Of a DNA stretch of 64,000 bases, positions 12,077 through 25,110 are shown piece after piece. The notes under the pieces were generated by a model, which was not told the DNA's origin, searched no databases, and saw nothing but the letters and a program-made list of their open reading frames with translations. How positions within the stretch are numbered: the first letter of the stretch is position 1; every line of letters begins with the position of its first letter. Both the position numbers and the translations under genes were made by a program. This DNA comes from Xylographa opegraphella. Taxonomy: Eukaryota. The stretch is from contig JALDZX010000024.1 in assembly GCA_022813865.1 (NCBI GenBank), positions 1 through 64,000 on the forward strand, read 5' to 3'.

Positions 12077-15000
12077 CTATTGCGCATGTAGAGGAGTGAC
12101 ACCGCTCTGAGTCTCAACCGCGTGCTTCGCCGCTTGCCTGGGTCCATCCATCCATGCTGTATCAGATATGGGTCCTCCCTGCATGATCCAAAAGTCCCTC
12201 TTTCGGGTCCATTGCAGTCTGTTTTCGTGAAGGAGGTTTTCCGCCTCTGTTTGCTTGGCCTGTCTGACGAGTCTGAGCGCTTTCTCGGCGATGATGAAAT
12301 GTATGGGAGGTTGTGGCTCCTCGTCGAGGGACGAAGTCGAAGCTGGGCTTCCACCTTCAGTTGCGTCATCCTCCAGCTCAACTAAGTCAGCAAATAGCAT
12401 TGAAGCTTCATCCAGTTGTCCATGCCATCGAAGGACATCCGAGAGTGTCAAGCGAATCCATAGAAGCTCTCTGTTGTTTTTAAGTCGGTCAGCTCCGGCG
12501 GCCTGATCTATCAGGTGCTGCAATGATCGTCGTGGGATATCATAGGCTCCGGCATCGAATTCGATGAGTGCCCGAATATGGGTGAGTTGACAGAAACGCT
12601 CAAAGTCGACCTCGAAGACGCTTGAACTGGAGATGACATCTAGAAGATCGATCGCTTTTTCTGCACATTGCATTTCACGATAAAGGATGGCCAGTTGGAT
12701 GGCTGAATCTATCGATACGTTATTGGAAAGGGTGAACCGGCGTTGTCGTGCACCCCAGACCCGCAAGAGTATTCCCTCTGCTTGCGCGAATTCTTTTCGT
12801 TTCCGAAGGACAGAGCCTAATCCGCAGAGCACCATGAGCGACAGAGGATGGTCCTCGCCCTTGAGAGGGATCCAAATCTGAAGAATGTTCCCATATAGAT
12901 GATAAGCTTGATCAAGCATTCTCATTGCTTCCAACGCATATGCGTGGTAAAGTAGTGCCATAAGATGTTCTGGATTAGACGTCCCCGATAGTCTTGCCAA
13001 GCCGTCCTCTGATTGCTGGAGCGTCCTGGAAGAATCGTCAAACATATTAAGATAGTATTGTGCCAGACCAAGGAGCTGCAGCGTTACGTAGTAGTCAATA
13101 ACATTTTCACCAAGTACTTCGGCCTGAATTTTGCATATTTCAAGTAGCTCTCTTTCAGCCTCGTCGAATCGCGTCTGCCAGAAATACTCGAGAAGTAAAG
13201 CCGTCCTCGCTCTCAAGGTGAGCGGATTACGCCCACCAAGAACTTTGGCATAGCCCTCGGCGACAGTTTTCTTACATTCATAAGCGGCCTGCCAATCTTC
13301 CCGAGATACCCCCCCAAGATTGAAATACTCACCCAGGCGAACAAGAGGCAGGAATGGAATTAATTTGTCGTTGCCTTCCTCCTCGAGTTCCTTATTGAGG
13401 GATTGGTGTGGTAATATGAAATAAGCCGCGATCGGGATCTGCTCCTTTGTTCGCGTTGGTAGGAGGTCAACCCAAGATTGCAAGGCGATTCGCACCTGTA
13501 CCTGTGCGTCTGGACCGATTAGCTTTTTCAAATCGAACAGAACTTCAGACCATGTGACGAATTCATTTCCAGTCAAGAATTGACGCAGCTTTACCAATAC
13601 TACCTCGGAAGGATGCGAAAGTGAAGTTACGTGCTCGTGCCAATGCAGACAAGCATAGTCATAGAAGACGGAACCTTCCTGCGAATGCTCCTCTACTTCC
13701 GTGATGAAAGCACCAGTCAGCAAGTGTTTTCGAAGTAAGCTAGCGGAATAGTTTGAGGCACTGTATGTGGTCTGAGTAAGCTTGCTTAGAGTCTTTCGAG
13801 CAAGGAAGGCATTCGAATCCTCAAGCGAAAGCCGAAGCTTTTTCGATTCCTTCGTCCACGAGCCTTCTGGTTGCTGGAGCAAGTATTCTTTGACAGACAT
13901 ATGGAAAAGTTGGACCCGTTCGTTGATTACAATAGCAAGTGGCCAACATAATCTTAATATTACTTCCTTGGGCTCGAAGATCAGATCTTCTGCGTCAATA
14001 GTATTCGTCGTACAATCCAGTGCTAATGCTGTAGCGATATCGCTGACAGTCATAGGCTCAATTGCTCCTACCAAAAAGAGAAAGATCTCAGAACGGAGTG
14101 CGACTTCGTCCTCGTCCAAATTATGGCGATTCTCTTCAAGCAATTGATCATATACAGCAAAGAGACCCGGAGGAAAGCACTCAAGCTTCTTGCGTTGTGC
14201 TTTTAGGTTAAGCCCAGTCTTCAGATTGTTCAACATCAGGTTAGCCCACAAGAACATACCTTGACTATCAGCCATGGCTTTAGTCAAGATTGCTTGTTCT
14301 AAAGCCCGAAGCCTAGGAGAACGCGCTATGTCTTGCTTGATAAAGTGAAGGATATCTGGCTCAACAGTACATTGGTTCATGTGAACTTGATGAGAGAGAC
14401 CAAAGAAGTCCTCAACCTTTGGATGGTGCCGCGATAGTAGAATAACCCGTGCATTCGACCGTGTGCCAAGTTTTCGTAGAAAGTTGAAAAGTAATTCTGT
14501 GTTATCCGTATCACTGCACTCATCGAGTGCGTCAACCACTAATGTATATACAGGGACCAATTCCAGAACAGAGTCGAGAATTTCAACCAATTTGTCAAAG
14601 GGGCATTCACTCGCGCACTCGTAATTAGTGAAGAGTGGCAGTAATCTGGCAATGACACGTGAGAAAGATGGGTCTTGTACTACTTTCGTATGTTGGCACA
14701 ATGTCGCTAGCAACGAGGCCGCGAAAGGTGAAGCAAGTGTAGCAGAGCGCTCTGAAGAATTTCGGAAGAAGTAAGTAAGCACAGTCTCCGTCGTCGTTCT
14801 TTCGACGATGTAGCTGGCAAGCACGGTTTTTCCGCAGCCTAGAATTTCGAATATAGAATATTAGTGGCGAGTAGATTCCATGTATACCGCGGGCGAAACG
14901 CCCGCCGTACATGTAGTTGTTTACTCCGTGCGACCCAGCTTACCTGGAATGCCAGAAATCCAAAGGCAGCTTGAGTAGTCAGACTGGCACCAGCTTCGAT

Positions 15001-16411
15001 ATGCTGGATGGCCGAAGATCCACTCGCATGTTCCTTGCGCTCTGCCAGGGATGTGTTTCAACAGCGTAGAGCGGTTACGGAGCCACTCAACAATGGACGA
15101 GAGTTGTATTGGCGATGCCCTGCCTATTGGCCGTAAGCCGCCATGATCTTCAGTATGGCATTGCTACTCACCTTGTTCCCCGCCTTGGAACAACCCAGGG
15201 GCATCTCGGGCTAACATTCTATACATCTCTGCGATCGATCAGAACGCCGGGAGTGCCGCGTTCTCACACATGAGCTACCTTCACCCCTTGTATTTTGGCT
15301 GTCTTGCTCGGCCAATATCCTCGTGAGGAGGTCGATCTGTCGACAGGAATCTCCACGGCAGTCTGATGTGACGATCCATGATCAGCGATTGGTATCCCCA
15401 TGTTTGCTCCAGAACAGCAACGGTCTTACCCACGCGGAACGCTTGTTCTAGCGCAAACTCTTTTTCGACGACGCGAGAGTGAGCGATCAGCGCTGTTATT
15501 ATAGACGTATTCGGTTAGTTTCACGATGCGCTGGCGACGAGCGTTGTGCGTCAAGAAAGGCTGAGGCAGGCCTACTGACCTTCGCGATGATTTGCGTGGG
15601 CTGTAGGATATTCCGCATCAGCTGGTATCCCGGGTACAAGCAGGGATGCTATGTGATCACTGACCTGTTTCCGAAGCGGTCCTGATTTCACGATCTAGAG
15701 AGGCTGCTTGGTCGTGAATAGTGGCTATAATGACTTTGAACCTGGGTCGCGACCCCAATAGTCCCGCTTTGGCAAAGCGGACTGCGTAGGGTTTTTGAAA
15801 ATAGGACTTCGCCCGTACAAGGTAATTTAGGATCTGTACGAAGAGACTTGTTATTGCTTGCTGCACGCGGTCGAACTTTGCGAACAATCTGGCTTCTTCT
15901 TGATATCGACCAGCGTGTTGCACGATGAGGACCAGGCTGTCCCGAACTTCTTGACCAGTTTCAATTTCAGCCGCGGCAATCTGAGTCAGGCACGGTAAAT
16001 GAATGGTGCATTCTACTATTATTCACAATCGAACATCACTGACATTAATCAAAAGGCGGATAGCCCCCCAAACCAGGGCGACGATATCCGGCTGTGGCTG
16101 GACGAGGACGTCAATGACAGGCGCGTATCGATTGGCAGCCTTAACGACGGCTTCAAGGAAGTTTCGAATGGATCTTCGACTGGCAGAACATTTCCTCTGA
16201 GCTTCTAGAGCTGAATCCAGGAGATCATGAATGTTACAGAGCTGATGGCGGTCACCAGGATTGAGAATATTGATCCGCTTTTTGCTTTCTGGAGTCAATG
16301 TCTCGTTGAATCGCTCATAACCATACGTCAGCTGCTTGTCGATCACGTCTCTGTGTAACCCACCTGAACTGCTTGTGTCCAGCACACCTGCACGGGCTCT
16401 ATAGCATCCAT
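12077..16411 (-). CDS. NLR-like STAND protein: N-terminal helical domain + NACHT + TPR-like repeats
   Basis: GTCEWIFGHPAYRSW precedes Walker A (LWISGIP|GCGKTVLAS), which is split by intron 14839-14943; Walker B LVVDALDEC; GMFLWANL; HMSVKEYL; C-terminal repeats of the LGxxHPxTL type. N-terminal VIDVLVQPQPDIVALVWGAIRLL is typical of fungal NACHT N-termini. The start and the small exons at 15.1-16.4 kb are approximate. Confidence 0.85.
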
Positions 16412-16950
16412 CGTGATAGGCGGCTCGCTATGCCGGACTGTGATGGCCTTACGACTTGCCCAAAATCACTGGAATGATCGCGGATTTCTTTTACTTATGA
16501 GCCAACTGCGGACATATTCTCCATACTTACCGCAGCAGATGTCTTGCTCCGCTGCCGATTACGTGCTTGGGATTTTTCTATACACTACGGCTTGGGCCTC
16601 CATGCTTTGGTCGCTAAGGATAAGTCCGCCAATACCAACGTCTTCCGACTGCTCGTCGTCCCGTGTAGCTGAACTTCTCCGTAGCTGCAACAGCCTTGCC
16701 GTTGCAAGAGGGTCTCACGTGTTACGATGCTTTAGACTCCATCAGCCCGCATTTCTGGGGCTGATTGTGTGCGCTGGCCTTGTCGTGCTGGCTGTGCAAC
16801 ATAGTATCTGACATGCGGGACATCTCTACCCAACCATGGAATTGATGCCCAAGCTGTTCGATAGGTCCGGTTTTCCTTGATATTCACTGGACCGGCAAAC
16901 CTGTTGATATCTCGTCGAGCCTCATCCCGAACGTACAAGATTATTGCTCA

Positions 16951-17860
16951 ATGAAGTACGCATCATGAAGGCTGCCGTACCATAAATTTCGAGGCTGATC
17001 TTCGCCATACTTAATAGATACGTGGATAGAATGTGCCCTTCCGGTTGCAGACCACTGTATAAACACGGCGTTGGCCTCGATTCGACGACATGTCCATGTG
17101 GATTTGGTTACTTCGAGGAGGATGGAACGTGGATCTCCGGCGATCGTGTGCGGAACAAACAGGCTCGCACAAGAGAAGAATACTATGCTAGTAGAGGTCG
17201 CGTCAGTCCCACAATATCTCGATCTCAGAATTCGGAGGCGTGTTCGTGTTGTACAGCTTCTCCCGCATCGGCAGGAAAATATAAGGAACAACCGAATCTT
17301 TCAGCTTATTCCTCTTCATCAAACCCGGATGCAAACCCGCATCGATACGCTCTCTCCGCAGATCCTTCGTCGTCGTCACCTGGATACAATCAACAACCAA
17401 CGAGTCTATCCTCGTATCATTCCATGCCACTGCCTATTCCGTCAAGCACGAAGACTCAATCATTCTATATGCCACCACCCATTGGATCAGTGTCATCATC
17501 ATCGACCAGTAACACTGCGCACAGCCGCGCTTTCCCGTTTGGGTCAGCTTCGGCTTCACCATCGGATTACTCCACGTCTTCGTTCTATCAGGCCTTTGGA
17601 TCCGAATCGAGCTCTCAAAGTACGCCGTCTTTCGCCGAAAGAGCCAGACCCACAAACGCGAGGGGAGGATCGGGAAAGGAGAAAGACAGGTCTATTGCGA
17701 CCTTGCACCAGCCTGCGGACTATTGGATATGGTCTCCGGAGTACCAGCGCTACTACCACATGGAGCTTGATCCGACGACAGGTGATCTAAACGATGTAAT
17801 GGCATTTCTTTTGGCTGACTTTGGATAGGCTCTCCTCGCTATACTTGGGCTTCAAGTTGA
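16951..17860 (+). CDS. Orphan protein: Cys-rich N-terminus, Ser/Pro-rich linker, C-terminal Trp/Tyr motif
   Basis: Exons 16951-16955, 17018-17781, 17829-17860 with GT..CTGA(C/T)..AG introns; reads MKYVDRMCPSGC...CPCGFG...YWIWSPEYQRYYHMELDPTTGSPRYTWASS*. Confidence 0.55.
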
Positions 17861-20216
17861 AGACCGATTGACGAAAGACTGAACGTCGTACCAGACCAGC
17901 CGTTATTAGTTTCACGCCCCAAACTTGGGTTTCTGGCGTTGGCTTCCCAATATTATACCCAGGATATGTTGTCACCTGAACGGATCAAGATATTTGTACG
18001 CTACGTCAGCTTATGATTGAAAAGAGAAAAAGAACACGGTCTTGGAATCTCGTAAAATCGAAGCAGAGATCCATTCATTCCGGCAACACGCTTGATCTAA
18101 CCATTGCGGACCCCGTCAAACGACTTTCTACCATTCCTGGGTGTGCATCTTCCACATTGTGGTTCATGATAAAACCTCGCTTCTGAGCACATGGATCGAC
18201 GAGGCAACCCATAGATCTGTATTCCAGTCACGCTCTCTTTTGTTAAGTGCACTCGATTTTTATCATTGGTCACCACCAACCTGTAACAAAATCTTTTTGC
18301 CGCAGTTCCGTCTAACCGTCGATCCACATTGCTCGTTCTGGAGCTTCGAATAAGGGCGGCGGACCTACCAATCTGAATTAAGTCACCGTTTCAATGTATT
18401 ATTACGAATCAGACTGAAGCTGGACTTCAAAGCTGGAATCATGTATATTTAGATCAGAACCTATACCAAGGCACGCTATGAATCTATAAAAGTTGCCGCA
18501 CTACTGCTCTGCTCATGTCTCAGATGTTCCTCAGTCGCTTGGTCCGACGTGTTCCCCACAACCGACTTTCACCGCTCCTCTTCCTTCCGGCATCCTAGTA
18601 TATATTGCCATAATAGTACTGCTTTTCTGTACCCGTCCTGTTAAACACGCTCCAGGGCCTTTGCTGCGGTGTCTCGAGCGCCCAGCGTTCCATCGCTGCG
18701 GAGAGTCCGGTGCAAGACTGACCGTTGTGGTGATGTGCTGTGCCACCGGTATTGTGTGATGGAGATGAGCGTGTGTTCTGGGAGAGAGGTGAGATACGAT
18801 AGGGGCGCTGAGATTGAGCAGGTGGTGCTTGGCACGGAGTGTACATACGTTAGTGGTCCGCCCCCCCGCGCTGCCGGCGCTGGACATTATGGAATGAGAA
18901 CGCAGAAGTGCTTGAGATGGAGTCTAGGATAGCTGAGAAGCGGTAGAATAGCTTTGAGAAGAAGAGCTGGAGGATAACGGGCTTTTGAGAGAACAGAGCT
19001 TAGGCTAGAGGGTCAAGTCACAACGATGCACCGAAGTCTAGCTGAGGACTTTTCTCTCCTTTATACATGGAATCGCATCGCACCCATGATACACATCCCC
19101 CCTCTCCAATCCCAACTATCCCGAACATGACTTGTACAGGAAAACCAGCAGTGCGTAATCGCCCTCCCAGTGGGACGGAACCGCCCATAGTGCGGGTCTG
19201 ACAAAGGGCAAGAAAGGGCAAAGTAAGGGCGTTTTTTTCTGCCCCCGGCTTCAGAACTGGTTGTGGCAGTGAAGCTACTGCAGGTACGAACAAGGTAGAA
19301 CAAGAGGGCAACGGGCCAGGTACGCGTATGATGTGGGTTCTGCGTGCCCTTTACGAGCTGGCCGCGGTTGTGGTTAAGGGGATGGTCGCCGCCTTAAGGG
19401 GGAGGGCGCTAGCTTACTTGCGAGGGCGATATCTGGTTGTTCAGTTGGAGATCTGAGAGGATACGGGCTATAGCTTGTGATGGGCGATTGTTCGGCGCTT
19501 CCTGTGTTCTTTCAAAGAATCCAGATTGGTATACCACTCACGTATGGTGAAGGGGGTTCGGTGGTTGTTGCTTAGCTCTACGCTCGGCATGAAAGGGGGG
19601 AAATGGGCGGATTTCGACCATTCTTGGCGGCGCTTGGCGGTGTAGGGTTAGACTATACCCATGCCCTCATCCTAGACGTAGCGCACTAGTCTCGAAACGG
19701 AAGTGTGCGCTACAACAACAAGCCAGCCAGCCTCGCAATACCGTGAAATTCCCACGCACTCTCCTTCGCGGACACTTCTTCAACCTGTAGCATCGCATGC
19801 CCCATATCCGTTGCCCGGATGTTTTCTATTTTCCTTCCGAGACCGACGTCTTTCATTGGTAGCCTCGTTCTTGACGTGGATTGAGGAGCTTTCAGAGCGA
19901 GGCGTTTTTGTCCCAGCGACTCCGTGACCTCAACTTGTCTACTTTGCTTTGCTGCAGCCCTTCTTCCTCCATCATCGATCTCGCTTGTTAAGAAGATTAC
20001 ATCGTACGTGATGCGCACTGTTGCGAATATTTACAGTAGTTACTCAAATGAATTCAGCCTCGGCACGGATTAACTACGCCCAATTCCCGACCGATGCAAA
20101 TAACGGCTACTTGATGCGACTTACTGTGTTTCCTAATCCAATAGTCGAGTACTCGAGTCTAATGAGACGGCTCCCACGTTCCAGCCATTAGGTTGCTTTC
20201 TGAGTTCAAAGCCATC

Positions 20217-21809
20217 ATGGACGACCAGGCGCCGAGAGCTCTTCCGCCAACGGAACATGATTCTGCGGTTGCAAGCTTGGACCAGCAGTATTTTCATCCT
20301 TTTGTAACTAACTCGTCGTTCGGTCTGGCTCCCGAATGCTATGCCTTACTGCTTCAAGAAGAGCCTCGAGCGGAGCATCTTGCTCCTAATTGCCGTGACC
20401 TCGTTGACGATTTTACCTTCTCGTCTTTTGATAATTTCTGTTCCGTACAAGCTATCCAAGAGGAGCCTATCGACTTCTCATACGAGGGTGCAAGAGTATT
20501 TGCAGGCGCCTGGATGAATTCTAAATCGACGATTGATGTAGGAAACCAGCAGGAGCCTGGCGCTCCGCCATACTTTGCCCCCCAGGCAAACTTGACATCA
20601 ACGTCGAACTCAGTAACTGCGGAATCATTGCTAGGTGAGCGCTCCATTGCGCAGCAGAACTGTGACACTTTCTTCGTGGACCTATCAAGCAATGATCCAA
20701 CGGTCCTGTTCACAAATGCTTCCTCCACTTCGTTCTCGCAAAAGCGCAAGCGTGAGACCAAGTCGGCATACATCAATACAATGGACTACCCGCAGTCTCA
20801 AAACCCACGGCATAGCCAGGATAACGCCAATGGATCAACGAACCAAAATAGTATCCACCATGATACTGAGTCGCAATTACAATCCGGCTCAGTCTTCGCC
20901 GCTTGTCACCTGTGGCTGTCTACACATTCCAACCAGCATCCGCCAGAACACGTTATATCAGGATTGGCGTTCGCCTTTCAAGTACCCTTTGACAAAATAC
21001 GGCAATGGTTTCGCACTCAACTGCGAGGCGTGCCCACGAATGCCACGCCGCCTTCACAGCCACCTCCAGAGCTACTACGAAATGATACACCTTCAAGTGT
21101 TGCAATTGCTGCCTGTCATATATGGCTATCTACTCACCTCAACGCAATGCCACCGGAGCACGTGATCTTCGCATTGAGTCTGGCCTTTGATTCACCCTTT
21201 GACTCGCTATGCAATTGGTTCCGTACGCAGCTCAAAGCGTGCTGTCGGCAGCCTAGTCCGATGGATAGCAGTACCACTTTTCCTTATAGAACAAATCAAC
21301 ACAAATGCAACAGGAACAGTCACGCTGATGGTACAGCTACATTCTTCACTAAAGATAGTGATAAGCCATATGCATGTACTTCTAAATGTGGTCGTAATTT
21401 TCGGACGAAGGACGACTGGAGGAAACACGAAGAGATCAACTACCCTCAAAGGATTTGGCTGTGCCGACTTCCGGGGTGTGCAGCCAAATCACAAGAGAAA
21501 CGAGTGAAGTTTCGAAAGGAGCATTTTAAGAAGCATCTAGAATTCTACCACAGCGAAGAGCCGTTGGATGAGAACGAAGTTGCTAAGAGCTGCATCACCA
21601 TCGACAGCATGTTCGATCGTGAGTGTTTGTTTCACGGATGCACCACAATATTCCATACTTGGAAGGACCGGATCAACCATATAGCTAAGCACTTCAGTAC
21701 CCAGCCCTGGAAATCCTCAGAGCGGAGAACTTCTAAGGACTCTAGTCGGGAGGCTGACAGCGGAACAACGACCTTAAACATGATGCCCAGACACTCGATC
21801 GGCGGCTGA
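20217..21809 (+). CDS. Putative transcription factor with two homeodomain-like repeats and C2H2-type zinc fingers
   Basis: Long uninterrupted ORF; duplicated AACHxWLSTH..PPEHVI..L..AF..PFD....WFRTQL; KPYACTSKCGRNFRTKDDWRKHEE, WLCRLPGC..HLEFYH and CLFHGC..RINHIAKHF. Confidence 0.75.
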   Translation: MDDQAPRALPPTEHDSAVASLDQQYFHPFVTNSSFGLAPECYALLLQEEPRAEHLAPNCRDLVDDFTFSSFDNFCSVQAIQEEPIDFSYEGARVFAGAWMNSKSTIDVGNQQEPGAPPYFAPQANLTSTSNSVTAESLLGERSIAQQNCDTFFVDLSSNDPTVLFTNASSTSFSQKRKRETKSAYINTMDYPQSQNPRHSQDNANGSTNQNSIHHDTESQLQSGSVFAACHLWLSTHSNQHPPEHVISGLAFAFQVPFDKIRQWFRTQLRGVPTNATPPSQPPPELLRNDTPSSVAIAACHIWLSTHLNAMPPEHVIFALSLAFDSPFDSLCNWFRTQLKACCRQPSPMDSSTTFPYRTNQHKCNRNSHADGTATFFTKDSDKPYACTSKCGRNFRTKDDWRKHEEINYPQRIWLCRLPGCAAKSQEKRVKFRKEHFKKHLEFYHSEEPLDENEVAKSCITIDSMFDRECLFHGCTTIFHTWKDRINHIAKHFSTQPWKSSERRTSKDSSREADSGTTTLNMMPRHSIGG

Positions 21810-22319
21810 GATATATCATCGAACGGCTCCATATCTAACGGCTCCACATCGAACGGCAAAGCGAACAATGCAGATCCTAAGACACTTCCGGGTCTGCTGC
21901 ACACGAACCACTGCAGTCCTCACTTATTGTATGTCCGCCCGCAATATGCGTCTAGCTCCAGTTCCCATTGTGGTCGGTATATAACGGCAATCCGCGGCTG
22001 TGAAAAACAATGCTACAATACCAAAACTCGGGCTTGGTTGTTGCGCCACGCTGGTTCTACGTCAATCCCTCACTTGCAATACTGACTCAATATAAAGAAC
22101 TGGGTTGCAGCAACAATAGGGCAAAGGCAGCCTTTCTGTGTGAACAATGGTGTGGTTCTTGACACAAGGGCTTCTCTCGAAACAAAGGCCTTATGTTGGT
22201 GTCACTTTCTTTGAGATCTCAATCGTCCCATTATCCATCAAACATATATAAATGCCACGAACGGCCCACAGGACACATCTCTTCAGCCAGATCATCAACT
22301 CAGCGACCTGCCCATCATA

Positions 22320-22754
22320 ATGCTTCACAAAACCCTCGAGCATCTCATGTCCAACCTCATTGACGACCCCGAAGACGCCAACCAACTGTACCTATGGCGC
22401 AAACCTCACCAATACAACTGGACAGGTAACACCTGGACAACTAACAACGCCACTGTCTATCTCCAATGCCATCCGTCACCAACTTCTCTTCCAGACGACG
22501 TCGTTGCGCTCTACTGGGCTTGCGAGTGTGTCATCTACGCATGCGCGGCTTGTTATGGCACAGAGTGGACCAAGACCGATCGGATCTGGCGGGACATCAA
22601 ATCTGCCCGCCTGACTCATGAGTATTGCCCGAAGCATGCCAAACGGGCTGAGATTACTTCCAGAGCACCTGGCAAAACCGGAGATAAGGAACCGGAAGAC
22701 CAGCCTGTGCCAGATATGAATAGCATCGATGAGTTCCCATCCCTCGGTGGGTAG
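22320..22754 (+). CDS. Hypothetical protein (Cys/Trp-rich, 135-144 aa)
   Basis: Open frame with plausible globular composition (WACECVIYACAAC..HEYCPKH); no family recognised. Confidence 0.4.
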   Translation: MLHKTLEHLMSNLIDDPEDANQLYLWRKPHQYNWTGNTWTTNNATVYLQCHPSPTSLPDDVVALYWACECVIYACAACYGTEWTKTDRIWRDIKSARLTHEYCPKHAKRAEITSRAPGKTGDKEPEDQPVPDMNSIDEFPSLGG

Positions 22755-23414
22755 TGATGCTTCAATGTTCGATCAGGCCAATTAGCATGTAATCTAGGCT
22801 TTCTCTTTCCCTCTTGGTAGATTATCCTTAGATTAAGAATATAAATATTTTGGCGGAAACAAGTTTCTCTCGTGATGTTTTTCTTCACTACGAAGCCTGT
22901 GAATTGAATTGGTTGCGGGGGGCTAAGAGGAATGTGCCCTACCAGTCCACGATGCTATCGAATCCATGATTTCCCCCACATATCAATCAGAACAGAGTGA
23001 AGCACCTGGTTTCTGTATGAAATGACTCGTCTTTAGATTCTCGCTGTGATAGATCAACAAAGCTTACCCAGACTCAATGCGAAGATATACCCCCAAATCA
23101 GTGCAATGATCAACGTAGAAAGCTCCTCATGTAAAGTGATGTCCGTCTTGATCCCACATGCGTTGTCTCCTCGCGACTCGACGTCACTTGTCCTATCTCC
23201 ATCCAGACATGCAGCCACTTCGCATTTCCTCGTTCAGTATATCACGTGTAGCCAGGCCCCTCTGCGATGCTAGCCCCGGCATCAGAGCCCCGTAATGCCA
23301 CTCACCTCTATAATCTACCCGGTCCTATCCCACCAATACCGCAGCAAATGCCCGAACCGAACCCTCCACTCAACTTACAAAACCCGCACCACACTCTACC
23401 ACCACATCACTCAC

Positions 23415-24501
23415 TTAAGCCGTAGCCGCCGGATACAGCCTCGACATAGTCTGCAGCAGCCCATCAGCCCATGCCCCACGTGCGCACACCCCAACTGACA
23501 AAAACGCCAGAAGATGCTCAACATACCTTCGCCTGCCTCGGCTCAATAAACAGCGCCTCCGCATCCACATAAACCACCGGCTCCGCCTCCCCCTCCACCA
23601 AACTCTCCACCCGCCCCTCCACCCACGCCTTCCGCCCCTCCACCTGCCGCGTCCACGCCCGCAGCACCACGTATCCCTCGCTCGGACACGGCCGGCGATA
23701 ATTCAGCGTCAGATTAGCCGTCATACCGACCTGGTTCGGCAGCGCGGGGAAACAACACCGCGCCATGCCCTCGTCCAGAATGGTAGCCAGCAAGCCCCCG
23801 TGCACGGCGTCGCCGGGCGGGGCGCCGCCGAGGTCGGCGCCGAGGTAGAACACGCACACGAGGCTCTTGCCGCCGTCCTCGATGAACGCCAGTGGTGGGA
23901 CGGCGATGCGCCCTGGGCCGAGCAGCGTGCCGCCCGTGAGGTTGTGGGCGCGCATCGCGGCGGGGATGCGCACGTGCGGGCGGGACTCGGTGAAGGCGGG
24001 GTTTTGGCGTAGGGAGACGGCGAGGGGGTGGGTGGTTATGTGGTGGTCGATGGAGGCAGCGAGAGCGTCCGGGGGCGTGTACAGCGTGAGGGTCGTGGCG
24101 GGGGAGGGGGGCGTGGCGAGGGCGAGGAGAGAGGGTAGGGCGGGGGAGGCGGAGAGGAGGAAGGTGCTGGTTGTGAGGACGAGGCCGAGGGCGGTGAGGG
24201 AGAGGGCTCGTAGGAGGAGGAAGCGGGGTGCGGGCGTTGGCTCGGTGGGGGAGGAGTAGACTAGAAGACGATAAGTGGTTTGAAAGTATGGATCATTGTA
24301 GCGCGCGTTGTAGCAGCAGCTCAGAGGATACAGCATACCTGGATTCGAGCTGTAGAAACGCGGGCTCCACGCTCGGGGCGGACTCGCCCTCGCAATCGGT
24401 ATTGAAGAGATACACCGCAGGTGGAGAGCCAATTGAGGGATTAAAGCACGAGACGCGGTGCGATAGGACACGGAATACATGGCTCGGAGGGGCGGCGCCA
24501 T
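23415..24501 (-). CDS. Hotdog-fold (PaaI/THEM4-like) thioesterase, probably mitochondrial
   Basis: VHGGLLATILDEGMAR, MTANLTLNYRRP, VEGRKAWVEG, AEALFIEPR; Arg/Ser-rich presequence; introns 24261-24338 and 23451-23526; last exon TMSRLYPAATA*. Confidence 0.85.
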
Positions 24502-25110
24502 CGGTGCTGTCACGCAGAGGCACCAGCTCTGAAGCCCTGCTGTATCATCCTTCTTCGTCACTTTTAACTTGCCGAAGTGCATGGGTTTTCTGCAGGCCCG
24601 TAAGCGGGCCTTGGCAAGAGCGCGTCGGATAAATACCGGCCCGCGCTTTGTTGACTTTAAACCCCCGGGCCGCTGTTGTACGTTACAGCGTTGAGCTCTG
24701 GTAGCACGCTCTCCGGATTTCACGAGGAATGATAATTCGGCAAGAACGAGACTCTACAATTTGTAGTCGGTCAGGAACGTTCATGTCAGAGGGTAGTATC
24801 TGTACATGATGACGGGGAGGCCAATGTATCGCAGAGAGGATGCTCAGTAAGAGGATATGTTTATGTGGTGGTGGGACAGCAGTACGTTATGCGATACAGT
24901 GAAAACCAGGCCCGACCAAAATTAAGTTTGAATGGGTAATGGGTGATATCTGCCCGAGGGAGCTCAATGGTGCATCATGGCTCTCGATGGTGCAGCCCTC
25001 GTGGTATTGCACGTCTCACAGCGATCAAGCAGAATACACCACGATATGATGCTTGATATATCTAGTTTTTAAAACCTAGTTAATTGTTTTGTAGAAAGTC
25101 TTCTACATTG

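Noticed and set aside
18000..20100. Overlapping short ORFs and a single TAGGGTTA
   Set aside because: No coding signal recognised; one telomere-like hexamer is not an array.
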